This document shows positions 36,301-36,347 of a stretch of DNA of 36,347 nt, piece by piece. The position numbers were made by a program, and so were the translations under genes. Within the stretch, counting starts at the first letter, position 1, and each line of letters begins with the position of its first letter. The notes under the pieces were generated by a model. That model ran no database searches. It was not told the origin of the DNA and saw nothing but the letters and a program-made list of their open reading frames with translations. Source of the stretch: a virus (taxonomy: Duplodnaviria > Caudoviricetes); the IMG/VR virus record IMGVR_UViG_3300030372_003961, positions 1 through 36,347 of that record; one strand, 5' to 3'.

Positions 36301-36347
36301 GCCGATGGAATAGAGGGTGCGTATGGGTCATTTGTTGCTGTCGATGA
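33340..36347 (+). CDS. Large acidic beta-rich virion/fibre-like protein (runs off the end; ~1121 aa if joined to 2..379)
   Basis: Uninterrupted frame MAALVANLDQAAALD...GAYGSFVAVD (1002 codons); T/S/D/G-rich; absent from ORF track because it has no stop in the window. Confidence 0.85.
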   Translation, partial: MAALVANLDQAAALDNTDMTLAAVAGADYAFPTDGGSQRGIDGTTNCQQLTNEGNSLVADDWYSGYVTFASKDMSSVDQAFCMHFKNNSPDYNTIADIRVALRSGTGTANWGVWNVGASATIKNGSFHPIMMVGTPDSEVGTFDNTDVTGFAFLAQASETGGAFGFQMSVDQLVYINGPARCGDTGSPSTVTLENYFDLLKPTSGTTYHSMLVARAGPTIEFGFPIAIESDDYDDTSAALGIAFKEDDGIAFGVMPAGYYQLDITGQASGSIVIESASLATNSTDFDLTIDGSAASTSVTMTSVLMAGVRNVSITGSGVTMEGCTVASPLTCEIAEGNLDITITDSAAAIDWTADIVAGSTITTDSDIDITFSETDLSDINIVVTANNTITLSPATASGTYTLTGLSRGGATSIEFDNATANNTSLSVSSDINSNNTVASPTSGGGTVTVLGPTDDLTVNSSETGSQIIVFTTNTQTELDSEASASQLVYSHGGETVDITVLKDGFIPFRQTGLVLSGDVTIDAQLVNSREYDSGHGLTYTTDASWSRTNNELTVPTFGPTVQGVFSLMMESFRTQTALRNTAFNLEMDGINTLYLVDDAEGNADSSIENMTRGGVGYINSSGTVTAEWFAVLSVGDNTAGETGEYQQIDGSNTTDARATGNFDEIVKMYGDATHGNFDYRGHAVFKYQINGYYQARIDVLDLFGLSTLTPTLYTIPLSPAATGIATGDPAISITITDHTAAPITVGGKSFDYEVVDNGTNSAEDILREINYNLSLDATYQGKDPFNYPDMVIETGGNYESEYGRVEGQDTTTTYHGFYVSRSSSDHPDFTRFQSNDGTYYTPAVQNQATITNLPTASGADTMLQIYNNTTSSEVYVSDPGGATYNEIYTEGTNYSDGDEIRIRFAELDGSVSFKSFETIVTASATGWSLNAANFLVSDSVYATNAVDGSQVTKFNYSAVDDQFNLAVAQNFSAAEVFAFYCSTLTTADGIEGAYGSFVAVD

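Noticed and set aside
1-36347. Complete DGR, retron, integrase, tRNA or alternative genetic code
   Set aside because: No RT (YxDD) gene, tyrosine/serine recombinase or cloverleaf was seen; core genes are intact under the standard code and use all three stop codons.

Overview
The window is an essentially complete ~36.3 kb P22-like podovirus genome (about 41-42% GC by eye; host probably a Gram-negative, possibly marine, proteobacterium). The two ends overlap by 21 nt with 2 mismatches, so a >1,100-aa ORF missed by the ORF track (33340..end) continues into 2..379. Plus strand 1-20870 is the virion module: TerS, TerL, P22-type portal, scaffold, coat, gp4/gp10-like proteins, a LamG fibre, a 2OG-Fe(II) oxygenase-like protein, a GNAT, three ejection proteins and two tailspike/RBP genes. 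Minus strand 20900-25600 is a recombination/early arm (RusA, Ref-like nuclease, NinB-like, SSB-like, 3'-5' exonuclease). It also holds a cassette of a DUF6948-like gene coupled to two tandem peptides that share an identical 12-aa leader and carry shuffled Ser-Trp/Arg/Gly repeat cores. Plus strand 25670-33340 carries a Cro-like gene, an oddly placed lysis cassette, twin promoters with a palindromic operator, an XRE-HTH, a 20-Cys CxxC-repeat protein, a C4-like antisense RNA, HNH, a replication initiator with an internal ori, and DnaB. I found no integrase, CI-type repressor, reverse transcriptase, tRNA or CRISPR. Family assignments come from motif recognition and gene order only; no database searches were run.
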